From: a virus
Direction: 5' to 3' (one strand)
Virus record (IMG/VR): IMGVR_UViG_3300049846_002130
Coordinates: 64,001 to 128,000 of that record
Length of the DNA stretch: 64,000 nt
This document shows, piece by piece, positions 38,108-47,449 of this stretch (within the stretch, counting starts at the first letter, position 1; the number at the start of each line of letters is the position of its first letter). A program made the translations under genes and the position numbers. Under the pieces are notes generated by a model, which saw only the letters and a list, made by a program, of their open reading frames with translations, searched no databases and was not told the DNA's origin.

Positions 38108-40538
38108 TAAAATCTCCGTATAGGGAGTATACCTTAAATACTTTAACTTGTTTTGCTATTGGATTGTCATCTTCATCATAGACTTCCTCTGCAGTAGCTA
38201 GGACTCTTGCACTAACAACTTTATATTTATAGTTATCAGCAGTTTTATTGTTGTTGGTTATTGGAAGCTCTGTATTGTCGGTACCATCTGTAATATTTAA
38301 ATAATGCCTAAAGGATCCATCTTTATTCTTATATGTTTTTGTTTTGTCAACAACTCCACAAACTTCATAAGTACCCTTTTCACTAATTTCTTCTAAAGGT
38401 GTGGTATCGGGATACATCAGTCTTGCTGGGTTGTTAATAAAGCATCCGATTATAGCTCCCTGATCAAGCATTTCTTGAAAGCTAATAGTTAGCTTTTTGC
38501 TTCTTATTAGTTCGGGTAAGGTAGGAAGCTCAGGAACAACTAGTGGTTTTTTCTCTCTAATGCCTTTGTAGGTTTCTAGAAAAGATTGTTCTTCATCTGT
38601 AAGATCTCTAGTTTTTGAAAGTTTTTTAAGTCTTTCTAGTTCTAGTTTGATTTCTATTATACTTTTATTTTCTTTTTCTCGTTGTTCATTTTCAACAAGA
38701 CGCTCTTCAATGATCTTTTGGGTTTCTAGATAAAGTTGCAAACTATCGATTGAATCGAGTATTTGTTGTCTTTTATAACCCATTGAATCAAATGTACCAG
38801 CTATAGTTAAACATTCAAGTATCTTTTTGTTTACCTTGGTTTTTGAGATAAACTCCAAAATATCTTTGAACTTATCTTTTCTTTTATTTAATATTTTTGT
38901 AGCTGCTGTAAAGCCTAGACCCTTAATAGCAGTCAGTCCAAAGTAAATACCATTTCCAGCAATCTCAAAGTCAATGCCTGATCTATTGATGTCTGGTGGC
39001 AAGATTCCGACGTTCATTGCTTCAGCTTCTAAAATTATTTTAGAAACCTTGGCACTCCATTTCTTTGCATCACTTGTAGTTTTGCTGCGGACAGACATAA
39101 GGGCAGCAAAGAACTCTATTAAGTAATAGGTCTTTAACCATGCACACTGGTAAGTAATTAGTGCATAAGAGATCGCATGCGACTTATTAAATGCATACTC
39201 AGCATAGCCAAGGATAATATCGTCCCAATAGTGGATAGCATATGCTTCTGTAATCCCAGCTTTTATAAAGCCTTGTATAAATTGGTCTCTGTATGGCTTA
39301 AGGTATTTGACATTTTTCTTTCCCATAGCCCTGCGCACATCGTCAGCTTCTTTTAAACTAAAGCCAGCAATGTTAGACATGATTTGCATCATCTGTTCTT
39401 GGTAACAAAGAACATAATGTGTGTTTTCTAATACGGTAGCTATTTGATCTGGCAATCCAGAAGGTCGACCCTTATATTTGTTTTCTTGATATTGCTCTAC
39501 GAAGCCAGCTTCAAGTGGACCTGGACGGATTAATGCACTCAGGTCTGCAAGCTCTGATAGGTTTTTTGGCTGTAGCTTTTGAACCGATTGTTTCATCAGT
39601 TCACTTGTTTCCATTTGAAAGATTCCAGCTAGTTTGCCACTATTAATTAGTTCATAAACTTTAGGGTCATCTTCTGGCAAAGAGTCTGGGTCTATAGCTA
39701 TACCATGACGCTGTTTAACTAATTTACATGTCTCTTTAATTATAGATAGGTTTTCTATTTTTAAAAAGTCATACTTAATCAAACCCAAGCTAGCTATCTC
39801 ATTCATATCAAACTGAGTGATCCAGCGATCTGTCTCAACTTTTGTATCTGGATCTTTCATCTTTCGAAACCATAATGGAACAACATTACTTACTGGGTTT
39901 TCGCTGATAACGATGCCAGATGCGTGAGAACTATATGACTTAATCATATTCTCTAACTTTTGAGCTACATTATACCAAGGTCTGTACTTGCCTTCCTTTA
40001 ATTCTGGGTGCGCTATATAACCTTTTTTAGAACTTCCATTAATTGTTTCCTCAAGGGTTGCCTCTTTGCCGAAGAGTGTCTTGGGAATCTTTTCAAGGAT
40101 TTCTGATTGAATCTTCATATGCTCTTTAAATTCTCTAGACTCTCTATCTTTGGGTGCGGTGGCCATAAAATATGAGCGTACAGTTGATTTTGGTTTAAAC
40201 TTTTGAAGAGCAATAATGTTAGCTATGTTTTCTCTGCCCCAGTAATCTATAAGCCAGTCAACTATACGCTGGTAATTAAGTGGGTCAAAGTCTACGTCAA
40301 TATCTGGAGCTGCTCCATCAATAGTATCTGCCCTATTTTTTTCAAAACAAAATTCATTTGTTTTGCCAGTAATATATAGTAATATAGAGTTATGAGGATT
40401 TGGTACAGAACTTGGCTTGAGAGCTAAGATTAGTTTAATATCATCTTCAGATATTAGTTCTTCTTCAAATTCAAGGAAGTCTGGATCTACTTCTGCAAGC
40501 CTTGAATCTATATAAAGCTTTTTTAGATTTTCTATCAT
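38091..40538 (-). CDS. dnaE: DNA polymerase III alpha (DnaE), catalytic C-terminal part
   Basis: PDIDVDF, HASGIVI, LIKYDFL, GIFQME, ALIRPGP, YQEQ, RRAMGKK, YAFNKSHA, PPDINRS. Confidence 0.95.
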   Translation of the reverse strand: MIENLKKLYIDSRLAEVDPDFLEFEEELISEDDIKLILALKPSSVPNPHNSILLYITGKTNEFCFEKNRADTIDGAAPDIDVDFDPLNYQRIVDWLIDYWGRENIANIIALQKFKPKSTVRSYFMATAPKDRESREFKEHMKIQSEILEKIPKTLFGKEATLEETINGSSKKGYIAHPELKEGKYRPWYNVAQKLENMIKSYSSHASGIVISENPVSNVVPLWFRKMKDPDTKVETDRWITQFDMNEIASLGLIKYDFLKIENLSIIKETCKLVKQRHGIAIDPDSLPEDDPKVYELINSGKLAGIFQMETSELMKQSVQKLQPKNLSELADLSALIRPGPLEAGFVEQYQENKYKGRPSGLPDQIATVLENTHYVLCYQEQMMQIMSNIAGFSLKEADDVRRAMGKKNVKYLKPYRDQFIQGFIKAGITEAYAIHYWDDIILGYAEYAFNKSHAISYALITYQCAWLKTYYLIEFFAALMSVRSKTTSDAKKWSAKVSKIILEAEAMNVGILPPDINRSGIDFEIAGNGIYFGLTAIKGLGFTAATKILNKRKDKFKDILEFISKTKVNKKILECLTIAGTFDSMGYKRQQILDSIDSLQLYLETQKIIEERLVENEQREKENKSIIEIKLELERLKKLSKTRDLTDEEQSFLETYKGIREKKPLVVPELPTLPELIRSKKLTISFQEMLDQGAIIGCFINNPARLMYPDTTPLEEISEKGTYEVCGVVDKTKTYKNKDGSFRHYLNITDGTDNTELPITNNNKTADNYKYKVVSARVLATAEEVYDEDDNPIAKQVKVFKVYSLYGDFNDESQ

Positions 40539-40558
40539 ATTGTTCCTTGGAGTAAATA

Positions 40559-40966
40559 ATGGCCATTAGTTACAAGAAGTCTAGCAAGAATGTTCCTCGG
40601 GGACAAAGAGTTGCTCATGTTACAAATATTGGTGCTAGTGACTCAGTAGACATTGTTGAGATTTTAGGGTTTCCAGCTAGGGTCGTAAAAATAGTTACGC
40701 CTGATTCTGGAGATATTTTAGAAATAAAGATTAACAATCGCTATACTTTAGCAGATGTTTATAACATGCCAGCTCATGGAGAACATGGTAGTGTAGATCC
40801 CAGGTCAGCAGTTAGAGTTGTGTCTGAGGGGGCGCAGCATCCAACACATACGCTTACAGGCTCTACTGTGTATTACTCAGAGGATGGATTAGAGATTGCT
40901 TGGCTAGAGCTATCAGATATGACTCCCGCTACAGCGACAGATGTTATTGAGTTAATGGCCTGGTAA
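40559..40966 (+). CDS. Hypothetical beta-rich protein (possibly virion-associated)
   Basis: 135 aa, GGAG RBS; lies between the dnaE halves on the opposite strand. Confidence 0.55.
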   Translation: MAISYKKSSKNVPRGQRVAHVTNIGASDSVDIVEILGFPARVVKIVTPDSGDILEIKINNRYTLADVYNMPAHGEHGSVDPRSAVRVVSEGAQHPTHTLTGSTVYYSEDGLEIAWLELSDMTPATATDVIELMAW

Positions 40967-40970
40967 TGCT

Positions 40971-41534
40971 ATGAACACTGGGCTTAGATGGTTTTCAAAA
41001 GCACTTTTTTCATATAAAGGTTGTGTTAATATTTGGAAGCCTGGTCTATTCTTTTATATAGTAATTTCTTTAGCTATATTACTTTTGGAGCGGAATACTG
41101 TTTACATTGGTGATGTAATCCGAAACAGACAGATTGATCACATACAAACTGTTGCTGTTCTGGATACTGTTTTAGAAGTACCCACAAGAGAGGCAATCGA
41201 GTGGACCTCTGAGCGAGGTTGCTACTTTAAATACGTTGATGATCCTAATATAGCTGAGATCTTTATTCGGCTAGAGGATGAAATTAACTGTGGTGGACTT
41301 TACTCAGCTGGATGCGCTTCTGTTGGTAAAGCAATTAAGGAAATTAGAGTTACAATGCCAGAAGAAATTATTCTTGCTCATGAATTACTTCATGAGCATA
41401 ATCTGACTCATCCTCTAAACCCGCCTAATAAACATATATTAAGTCCTACTTTTGAACATCTAAGCTACAATGATCGTGGAGTTCGGCAGGCGTGTGCTCG
41501 GACTCGAGCCTATCCAATTCCTGTTGCGCAATAG
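40971..41534 (+). CDS. Metzincin-like zinc metalloprotease with N-terminal hydrophobic segment
   Basis: [13 protein letters not shown] = HExxHxxxxxH; hydrophobic [14 protein letters not shown]. Confidence 0.65.
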   Translation: MNTGLRWFSKALFSYKGCVNIWKPGLFFYIVISLAILLLERNTVYIGDVIRNRQIDHIQTVAVLDTVLEVPTREAIEWTSERGCYFKYVDDPNIAEIFIRLEDEINCGGLYSAGCASVGKAIKEIRVTMPEEIILAHELLHEHNLTHPLNPPNKHILSPTFEHLSYNDRGVRQACARTRAYPIPVAQ

Positions 41535-42726
41535 CTTTTGTTGCTTGATCAAAAATTAACGGTAGTGCAGCTCGACCAGGATTAAGCATTCGTTCAAACA
41601 GTAGGTTATATTTAATAGGATCTACTTTTGTAATACCTAAGGCATAGGCAACTAGAGAACCTCCAGCACTGCCACGACCAGGACCGATTGCTATGTCTAG
41701 CTCACGGGCCTTATTAACGTACTGAGCAACAATTAAAAAGTAATCGCTAAAGCCTAGTTTCTTAATAACACCAAGTTCATAAAATAATCTTTCAGTATAA
41801 ACAAATGGCATGGTTGTAAATCTTTTTTGAAGACCACTAATTGCTTCTGCTTCAAGCACTTGCCATGAATGTATACCTGGTGGGCATTCTTTATATTTGG
41901 TGAACCGATTCTTTCTATCAGAGAAATAATCGTTGGTTACCATGTTGGCAATATGTGTAGTATTAGTGAGCGCTTCTAAGGGTACGCTTGCTTGCTTAGC
42001 TAAGTCTTGCATCTCTTGTGGCGAACCAAGAAATACTTCTATGTCTCCAAATGAGAAGCCATCACCAGAACCTTCAGTTGCCATTTTAAGTGTAGTCTCG
42101 TGAAATTGTTTATCATGCTTATGTGTGTAGTGGGCATCAGCTGTCATAATAATTGGCAAGCTATTTCTATTTGCTAGCTCAATAAGAATGCTGTTGACAA
42201 CTTGCTGGTCTCCAGCATGAGCTTGTAGCTCTACGAAGAATCTATCTTTATAGATATCAGCATGCTCTAGCAATTGTTTTTCTGCTTGTTTATAGTCACC
42301 TCTTAAAATTAATTGAGAGAATAGCGATCCTAAACATGCAGTAGTGGCAGCAATACCTTCTGAATAGTCAGCCATAATCTGTTTTGCAATTCTTGGCTTA
42401 TAGTAAAGATTCTCTGTGTATGCTCGAGAGCTTAGTGTCCATAAGTTATGAAGACCTTTATTATTTAGAGCCAGCATGACCATATGATAGTAAGCTCGTT
42501 CTCGCTCATCGGGTTCGCGCACACCATTCGGTAGAACTGATATATATGCTTCTAAACCAAGGATAGGTTTAATACCAACCTTATTACAGTTCTGCCAGAA
42601 TTGGTAATGGCCGACACAATTACCGTGATCGGTTAAAGCGCAGCTGGACATTCCCTTATTTTTAATATGTTGAGGAGTGCTGTCTAGACGATTTACCCCA
42701 TCTAGTGTTGATGCTTCAAACTTCAA
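41446..42726 (-). CDS. dnaE: DNA polymerase III alpha (DnaE), N-terminal PHP part
   Basis: [72 protein letters not shown]. Confidence 0.93.
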   Translation of the reverse strand: MKFEASTLDGVNRLDSTPQHIKNKGMSSCALTDHGNCVGHYQFWQNCNKVGIKPILGLEAYISVLPNGVREPDERERAYYHMVMLALNNKGLHNLWTLSSRAYTENLYYKPRIAKQIMADYSEGIAATTACLGSLFSQLILRGDYKQAEKQLLEHADIYKDRFFVELQAHAGDQQVVNSILIELANRNSLPIIMTADAHYTHKHDKQFHETTLKMATEGSGDGFSFGDIEVFLGSPQEMQDLAKQASVPLEALTNTTHIANMVTNDYFSDRKNRFTKYKECPPGIHSWQVLEAEAISGLQKRFTTMPFVYTERLFYELGVIKKLGFSDYFLIVAQYVNKARELDIAIGPGRGSAGGSLVAYALGITKVDPIKYNLLFERMLNPGRAALPLIFDQATKAIAQQELDRLESEHTPAELHDHCSLDVQK

Positions 42727-42788
42727 GAGTGTACATGAAGGTGAACAAATCCACCTTTAGTACACTCTTGCCCTCCTTTATCATTCAT
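42723..42788 (-). CDS. 21-aa mini-ORF carrying the missing first DnaE PHP motif
   Basis: ATG at 42788 reads [24 protein letters not shown]; FVHLHVHS is the canonical DnaE N-terminus, out of frame with the rest of the gene. Confidence 0.7.
   Translation of the reverse strand: MNDKGGQECTKGGFVHLHVHS
42724..42770. repeat. Long hairpin / inverted repeat over the dnaE-N 5' end
   Basis: Perfect 11-bp caagagtgtac/gtacactcttg stem plus an inner aaggtg/cacctt stem. Confidence 0.85.
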
Positions 42789-42972
42789 GACAATTACATC
42801 CTGGGTTACACTGACAGACATCCTCTTCTGCTAATATTTCTTTCTCACACTTATAGCAATATTCGAGATGATCAATAAGTTCTCTAATAAAGTTTAATCT
42901 TTCTAGTGTAGTAGATTCTTGATTACAACTATCTATTAGTTGCCATATCTCTATTTCAAGTTCAGGAGTCAT
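42781..42972 (-). CDS. Hypothetical Cys-rich small protein
   Basis: 63 aa; CYKC and CQCNPGCNC. Confidence 0.5.
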   Translation of the reverse strand: MTPELEIEIWQLIDSCNQESTTLERLNFIRELIDHLEYCYKCEKEILAEEDVCQCNPGCNCHE

Positions 42973-43237
42973 TGCTTACCTCCATGGTTTGATAAGCAAG
43001 GTAGCCAGAATGGTTATTTGTTGGTATACCTATTATCTTTGCGGTAGAATTTGGATTTTGAACTTCGAATATATTGCAAAATGTATTATCTAGTATCTTT
43101 TGTGTCTGCCATTTATTATTTGGTGGATCGTCTAGAGTAGCGACTTTATCATATGCTTCAGAAGTGCTATTGGCCTCTATGTAAACAATAGTTTCTTGCA
43201 TAACTCTTCTATATAAAAAAGCTTTATATGTCTTCAC
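42962..43237 (-). CDS. Hypothetical protein
   Basis: 91 aa, coupled. Confidence 0.45.
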   Translation of the reverse strand: MKTYKAFLYRRVMQETIVYIEANSTSEAYDKVATLDDPPNNKWQTQKILDNTFCNIFEVQNPNSTAKIIGIPTNNHSGYLAYQTMEVSNDS

Positions 43238-43854
43238 TCAAACACCATGGTATTAGCTATCTCCCCATTAGTTAACGCTAGTGGGGCAGCAGTTGGAGTT
43301 TTAGTTGTATCAAATAGAGTATACGAAACAGTTGTTCCGTGACCATGAGATTCTTGTTGTTTTACCAACTCAAGTATTTCGGTTAGGTGTTCTGGGAAGC
43401 GCCACACTTGGCAGCCAGCAGAGTTACGGCCGACATACTTGGAACCATAACCGTGATGGCCATTAACGGCATTACCGGTTCCGGTAATCCATTGAGTCTC
43501 ATCAACTTGTGCGTCTTTGTTATTATCACGCCAATAGGTAAGGGTACCCACTTGCTGTAGTGCAGGATAGCCAGTATGAGTGCCTAGCTTCCATAAAGAC
43601 TTTTGGTGAGTGGGGGCTACTACAAGGCAGCCCATCGAAGTTAATGGGTTTTCTAGGTAGTGAACACCGGGTGTGGTAGTGCCAATCCAGCGCTTTAGAA
43701 CCCAGCGCTTGCCGTCAAAAAACGCACAGCCAAGAGCATCATCCCAACTGTCAGCATGGCCAGAGACTCGGATGCCAAAGACATTGAGATCGTAAGGCCC
43801 AGTATAAAAAGGCCAAGCTTTGTCAGAATATAATTTTCTAAGTGTCGATAGCAT
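43234..43854 (-). CDS. Putative peptidoglycan hydrolase (L,D-transpeptidase-like His/Cys motif)
   Basis: LNVFGIR, DD, GTTTPG, NGHH...SAGCQV resembles the HxxxxxxSxGC motif of YkuD-like phage lysins. Confidence 0.65.
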   Translation of the reverse strand: MLSTLRKLYSDKAWPFYTGPYDLNVFGIRVSGHADSWDDALGCAFFDGKRWVLKRWIGTTTPGVHYLENPLTSMGCLVVAPTHQKSLWKLGTHTGYPALQQVGTLTYWRDNNKDAQVDETQWITGTGNAVNGHHGYGSKYVGRNSAGCQVWRFPEHLTEILELVKQQESHGHGTTVSYTLFDTTKTPTAAPLALTNGEIANTMVFE

Positions 43855-44041
43855 TAGTATCTCCTAATAAAATGGGTCTTGATACGAATGTAAGCTCGTT
43901 TTCAGAAATTAAAGACCATTCGTCGTCTACTTTAATATCTGTAATATATGCTTCGGTAAAGTGCCAGGTTTGTCCATTACTTAACTGGGTAATTAAGTCT
44001 GGTCCATCCCAGTATATCTCAGTGCATTTCTCTGTTTGCAT
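43838..44041 (-). CDS. Hypothetical protein
   Basis: 67 aa, coupled. Confidence 0.4.
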   Translation of the reverse strand: MQTEKCTEIYWDGPDLITQLSNGQTWHFTEAYITDIKVDDEWSLISENELTFVSRPILLGDTNAIDT

Positions 44042-44279
44042 ATTCTTTAATCCCCCAATATGGTAATGGTGCCCACCATTCTGGACCGGTTTGTGTATCG
44101 AATCTATAAGGAGAGTAGGGGTCGTGCTTTAGCCACCAGCCTTTACCAGCATAAGTAAATATCTCATATAGGCCACCACTATAACCAAGCACTCGTTCAT
44201 TGACTTGAGGTTCTTTCTGAGTAAATTCTAAATTTAGATAATAGGTCTTAACCATTAGGTAAACCCCATATAATCGCAC
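44019..44279 (-). CDS. Hypothetical protein (DUF551-like)
   Basis: PQVNERVLGY...WW..LP pattern. Confidence 0.4.
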   Translation of the reverse strand: MRLYGVYLMVKTYYLNLEFTQKEPQVNERVLGYSGGLYEIFTYAGKGWWLKHDPYSPYRFDTQTGPEWWAPLPYWGIKEYANREMH

Positions 44280-44464
44280 TCATCCTCATCTAGAGGGTGG
44301 CCCTCATCCCATTCGTTTTCTTCAGTAGCTATATTTTCAAGATGATGTAGCAACTCATCCTCTAAACCATTTTCCATAATGAAGTCCATTAGTAATACAA
44401 CCAATGTACTTTCAGACCAACATTGTTGCTCTGTTAGTTCAATTAAATGTCGTTCTGTATTCAT
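44255..44464 (-). CDS. Hypothetical acidic protein
   Basis: 69 aa ORF. Confidence 0.5.
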   Translation of the reverse strand: MNTERHLIELTEQQCWSESTLVVLLMDFIMENGLEDELLHHLENIATEENEWDEGHPLDEDECDYMGFT

Positions 44465-44497
44465 AAAAAAATAAGGGGGGCAATTAGCCCCCTCCTT
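44465..44497 (-). terminator. Intrinsic terminator
   Basis: ggaggggctaattgcccccctta stem-loop followed by a 7-T run on the - strand. Confidence 0.75.
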
Positions 44498-44721
44498 TAC
44501 TGTGGTCTACGTAGTTGACGCCACTTGCTAACAGTTACATCCTTTGGATTTGCTTGAGCATAACGCTCGGTAACAAACCGGCCACTGCTATCGCGGAATT
44601 GTGTATGCGTCGCGTAGCGTGGGGCGAACTTACCAGTTGTGTCCCGAAGTGAAGTCTGTGAGGTCGTGTTCTGTACTGATGTGCGAGATTGAGTATTTTG
44701 GTTTCTTTGTGTTCTTGTCAT
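44497..44721 (-). CDS. Small basic protein with two RDxxG[KR]F repeats
   Basis: AAGGAG RBS before the ATG at 44721; RDTTGKFA and RDSSGRFV. Confidence 0.6.
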   Translation of the reverse strand: MTRTQRNQNTQSRTSVQNTTSQTSLRDTTGKFAPRYATHTQFRDSSGRFVTERYAQANPKDVTVSKWRQLRRPQ

Positions 44722-45037
44722 TATTGTCTCCTTGTGTATTAATTTCAATTTTTGCCAAATAGCATAGTTGAAATGGTAGTTGGACTATAAGCTGTCCATA
44801 GCCTTTGTCTATTACTTTGGTCCATTGCCAAAAGTCAGAATCTAAAAAGTAGAGATTGCCATCATCTAATTCTAGCTGTATGGGAAATTTAAAGGATTCT
44901 CTCATTACTAGTAAGCGAAGAGATTCGGTTAATTCTGTAGCTAAATTAGTTATTAGTCTAGGTGTAGCTGAGTGGCCTTGGTATTTTGCTGCTGTGTTGT
45001 TGATGCAGTCTTTAATTAATTTTAACTCGTTATTCAT
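44630..45037 (-). CDS. Hypothetical protein
   Basis: 135 aa ORF; 3' end overlaps the next gene. Confidence 0.45.
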   Translation of the reverse strand: MNNELKLIKDCINNTAAKYQGHSATPRLITNLATELTESLRLLVMRESFKFPIQLELDDGNLYFLDSDFWQWTKVIDKGYGQLIVQLPFQLCYLAKIEINTQGDNNDKNTKKPKYSISHISTEHDLTDFTSGHNW

Positions 45038-45186
45038 CTAAGCAGTCCATTAATTTTTTCTTCTAGGTGTAGGGCAATACTTGGTGGCACATCGGGGCCT
45101 AACATGTGTATTAATAGCAAGATGTCGTTTAATTCATCTTTATTAAATTGTCTTACAACTAGTCTAGTCTTCAGATATATCCACAA
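45034..45186 (-). CDS. Small hypothetical protein (50 aa, not in ORF track)
   Basis: TTG start inside the recA end; MWIYLKTRLVVRQFNKDELNDILLLIHMLGPD...; its TGA overlaps the next ATG. Confidence 0.35.
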   Translation of the reverse strand: MWIYLKTRLVVRQFNKDELNDILLLIHMLGPDVPPSIALHLEEKINGLLR

Positions 45187-46258
45187 TAGAATCAGAATCA
45201 TCATCATCAATTGTTCCCGCTAATTCTTTATCTGCGCTATAACACATTGTTTCTAATTTTTGCATCATATCTGGATTAGTTCTTAGGGCTTCTACGAAGC
45301 CTGCTTTGCCACCTGTTGACCAAAGGGTTTCCCAGTCGCTATCTCCTGTACCAGTTCTTATTAATGTACTTTGACCAGCATGCCTTATTATACCAAGAGT
45401 TTTTGCATTAAGCATTAGGTCACTTGGCTTATCAACGCCTCTGGCGTAAACGAAATGATAGTTTATTTCGGCAGCAATTGGCGGACTACATTTGTTCTTA
45501 ACAATTTTTAGTCTACCCATAAACGCATTAGCAACTTCCGTAGAAGGCTTTTGAGGTAAAGTCTTGAGTCTTACAGAAGAGTAAAATTTAAGAGCTGTAC
45601 CGCCAGAGGTGGTCTCTGGATTACCCATACGAGCGCCGGGGTTATATTTTAATTGATTTAAAAAGATAGAAGTAATATCATTTTCTGCAGCTATTTTAGA
45701 ATACTCTCTAAAGAATCTGCTTGTATCCTTAGATATACCACCAACATCTACTTCACTTACATCTCGCTGTAACTGCCTTTGATTTTGTAACGCATCAATA
45801 GAATCTAGTAAAACAAAGCCAACCTGTCCAGTCTTGCCTAAGTCTAGTAAGGTTTGGAATGCTTCCTCGGCAGTATCAACCCGACAGTACAAGACTCGGT
45901 CCATGTCCACACCCATGCTCTTAAAGAAAGAGCCAACCATGGTGTGCTCAGCATCAATGACAAGAGCTACACGTCCACCGTGTAGCTCACGGCCCTCAGT
46001 AGTTTGGTCTTGCCAGTCTTGGTAAGCTTTAATAGATGCTAAGGCCAGGCTTGTTTTGCCGCTAGATTCAGGACCATAAATTTCTACGATACGTCCGCGG
46101 GGCCAGCCCCCAATACCCAAAGCTAAGTCTAGAGAGAATACACCAGACGGGACAGGTTCAATCTTTTGTTTAGTGGTTCCAAAAGTAATGAAATCTTTTT
46201 TAGAGAACTTCTTTTCAAGTTGCTCAATTGTCTTTTTTAATAATAGGTTTCCTTTCAC
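45164..46258 (-). CDS. recA: RecA recombinase
   Basis: GGWPRGRIVEIYGPESSGKT, IDAEH, LDSIDAL, ETTSGGTALKFYSSVRL, VKNK. Confidence 0.97.
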   Translation of the reverse strand: MKGNLLLKKTIEQLEKKFSKKDFITFGTTKQKIEPVPSGVFSLDLALGIGGWPRGRIVEIYGPESSGKTSLALASIKAYQDWQDQTTEGRELHGGRVALVIDAEHTMVGSFFKSMGVDMDRVLYCRVDTAEEAFQTLLDLGKTGQVGFVLLDSIDALQNQRQLQRDVSEVDVGGISKDTSRFFREYSKIAAENDITSIFLNQLKYNPGARMGNPETTSGGTALKFYSSVRLKTLPQKPSTEVANAFMGRLKIVKNKCSPPIAAEINYHFVYARGVDKPSDLMLNAKTLGIIRHAGQSTLIRTGTGDSDWETLWSTGGKAGFVEALRTNPDMMQKLETMCYSADKELAGTIDDDDSDSIVDISED

Positions 46259-46944
46259 ACTGTCTCCAACTGAGAACTGAGTTCTAGTTTAGCCTTGGCA
46301 ATACTGCTAGATAAATAATTAGTTACATATGTTTTATGCTGTAGCTTTGTTTTGGGAAGGTGACCGCTCCCAGAATAATATGTATCTAAAATATTCTTTC
46401 CAGCTCTAATTAACTTTGTGTTAAGGTCTTTTAGCTCCAACCAATTGGACTTAACTTTCTTGTTAACTCTAGCTGCAGCAGGATGATGGTGGTATGCCAT
46501 CTCAATAACCAACGCAAGCTGATCAATATATTTAATTAGCTGGTCGTTTCTATAGTCTAATGGTAAACCAATAGATTTATGAACATGAATCTCAGCTTTG
46601 TGTTCGATCTTAATATAGTCTGGTAAATAAGGTTTAAGGCCCGAAGGAATATCAACAACTAAATATTCATGTAAGTCGTGAGCAACAGCATAGCCTCGCT
46701 GGACGACTAAATTATTAACAAAGTTATTTTGAGTTGTAAAGATATCTGGTAAGACCTTGAGAGCATCTACTAATTTTCCACACAGATATAAATGCTCTGC
46801 TAACGTAACGTCAATTGCTCCTAGATAGCGCCTCATATTAAAAATATGCTTAAAGATATCACTTAGCTGTACATTCGTTGTTTCTAATGCATCAAAATAA
46901 ACTAGGTTACCTTCAGCAGTTGTCATATCAGGATATCTGTTCAT
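46255..46944 (-). CDS. HD-domain 5'-deoxynucleotidase (YfbR-like)
   Basis: RRY, LAEHLY, HDLHEY..DIPSGLK, IKYIDQ. Confidence 0.85.
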   Translation of the reverse strand: MNRYPDMTTAEGNLVYFDALETTNVQLSDIFKHIFNMRRYLGAIDVTLAEHLYLCGKLVDALKVLPDIFTTQNNFVNNLVVQRGYAVAHDLHEYLVVDIPSGLKPYLPDYIKIEHKAEIHVHKSIGLPLDYRNDQLIKYIDQLALVIEMAYHHHPAAARVNKKVKSNWLELKDLNTKLIRAGKNILDTYYSGSGHLPKTKLQHKTYVTNYLSSSIAKAKLELSSQLETV

Positions 46945-47449
46945 CGGACTCCTTAGGTTCCTTGTCTGGATTTAGGGTAAGAAATTTAACTCTATTCTCC
47001 TTAACAGCTTCTTTGATTGCTTTTTGAACTTTACTAAGTCTAGATTTACTAGTCTTTACTTCTATAAAAAGTATCTCGTTTACAGTTGGCTCAGTATCGC
47101 GGCTATTATGAACACCTGAAAATACGATGTAGTCTATAGGATCTCCCAGATGTCTAAAGTCACGGGGATTCAGATTACCAATTGCAAACGGTATAAAGGT
47201 CTCAGCTATATTGCCTCTAGTTACTGCTTTACTTTTTACTATTGCTTCTGCCCTAGCAGTGGTTAGGGATTGCTGATGGTTCAAATTTTGATCTAGTAGT
47301 TCTTTTTCTAAGGTTTCTATTTTTAACTTAGTGACTTTTCTTTCTTCTGCCAGCTGAGTTTTAGTAAACTGATTAAGGCTTATAGTAAAGATTAGCATGA
47401 CAGATAAAAGAATACATGCAACAGTTAATAAAATTAAGGATGTGTCCAT
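46928..47449 (-). CDS. Holliday-junction-resolvase-like endonuclease with N-terminal TM helix
   Basis: RGNIAE.F.PF, DFRHLGDPIDYIVFSG, FIEVKT...LSKVQ. Confidence 0.8.
   Translation of the reverse strand: MDTSLILLTVACILLSVMLIFTISLNQFTKTQLAEERKVTKLKIETLEKELLDQNLNHQQSLTTARAEAIVKSKAVTRGNIAETFIPFAIGNLNPRDFRHLGDPIDYIVFSGVHNSRDTEPTVNEILFIEVKTSKSRLSKVQKAIKEAVKENRVKFLTLNPDKEPKESDEQIS

Noticed and set aside
40380-40400. PHN-S in the DnaE C-part resembles an intein C-terminal HN|S junction (split intein)
   Set aside because: The preceding residues lack intein block F/G character, and the N-part has no Cys/Ser-initiated intein-N segment; it continues as normal DnaE sequence
42735-42759. Invertible ON/OFF switch: flipping the 25 nt between the 11-bp inverted repeats opens the GTG frame into dnaE-N
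   Set aside because: The flipped version loses FVHLHVHS, no recombinase is in the window, and a short open stretch is easily chance
46255-46944. Z-genome (2-aminoadenine) system
   Set aside because: No PurZ in the window; the HD enzyme alone is insufficient evidence
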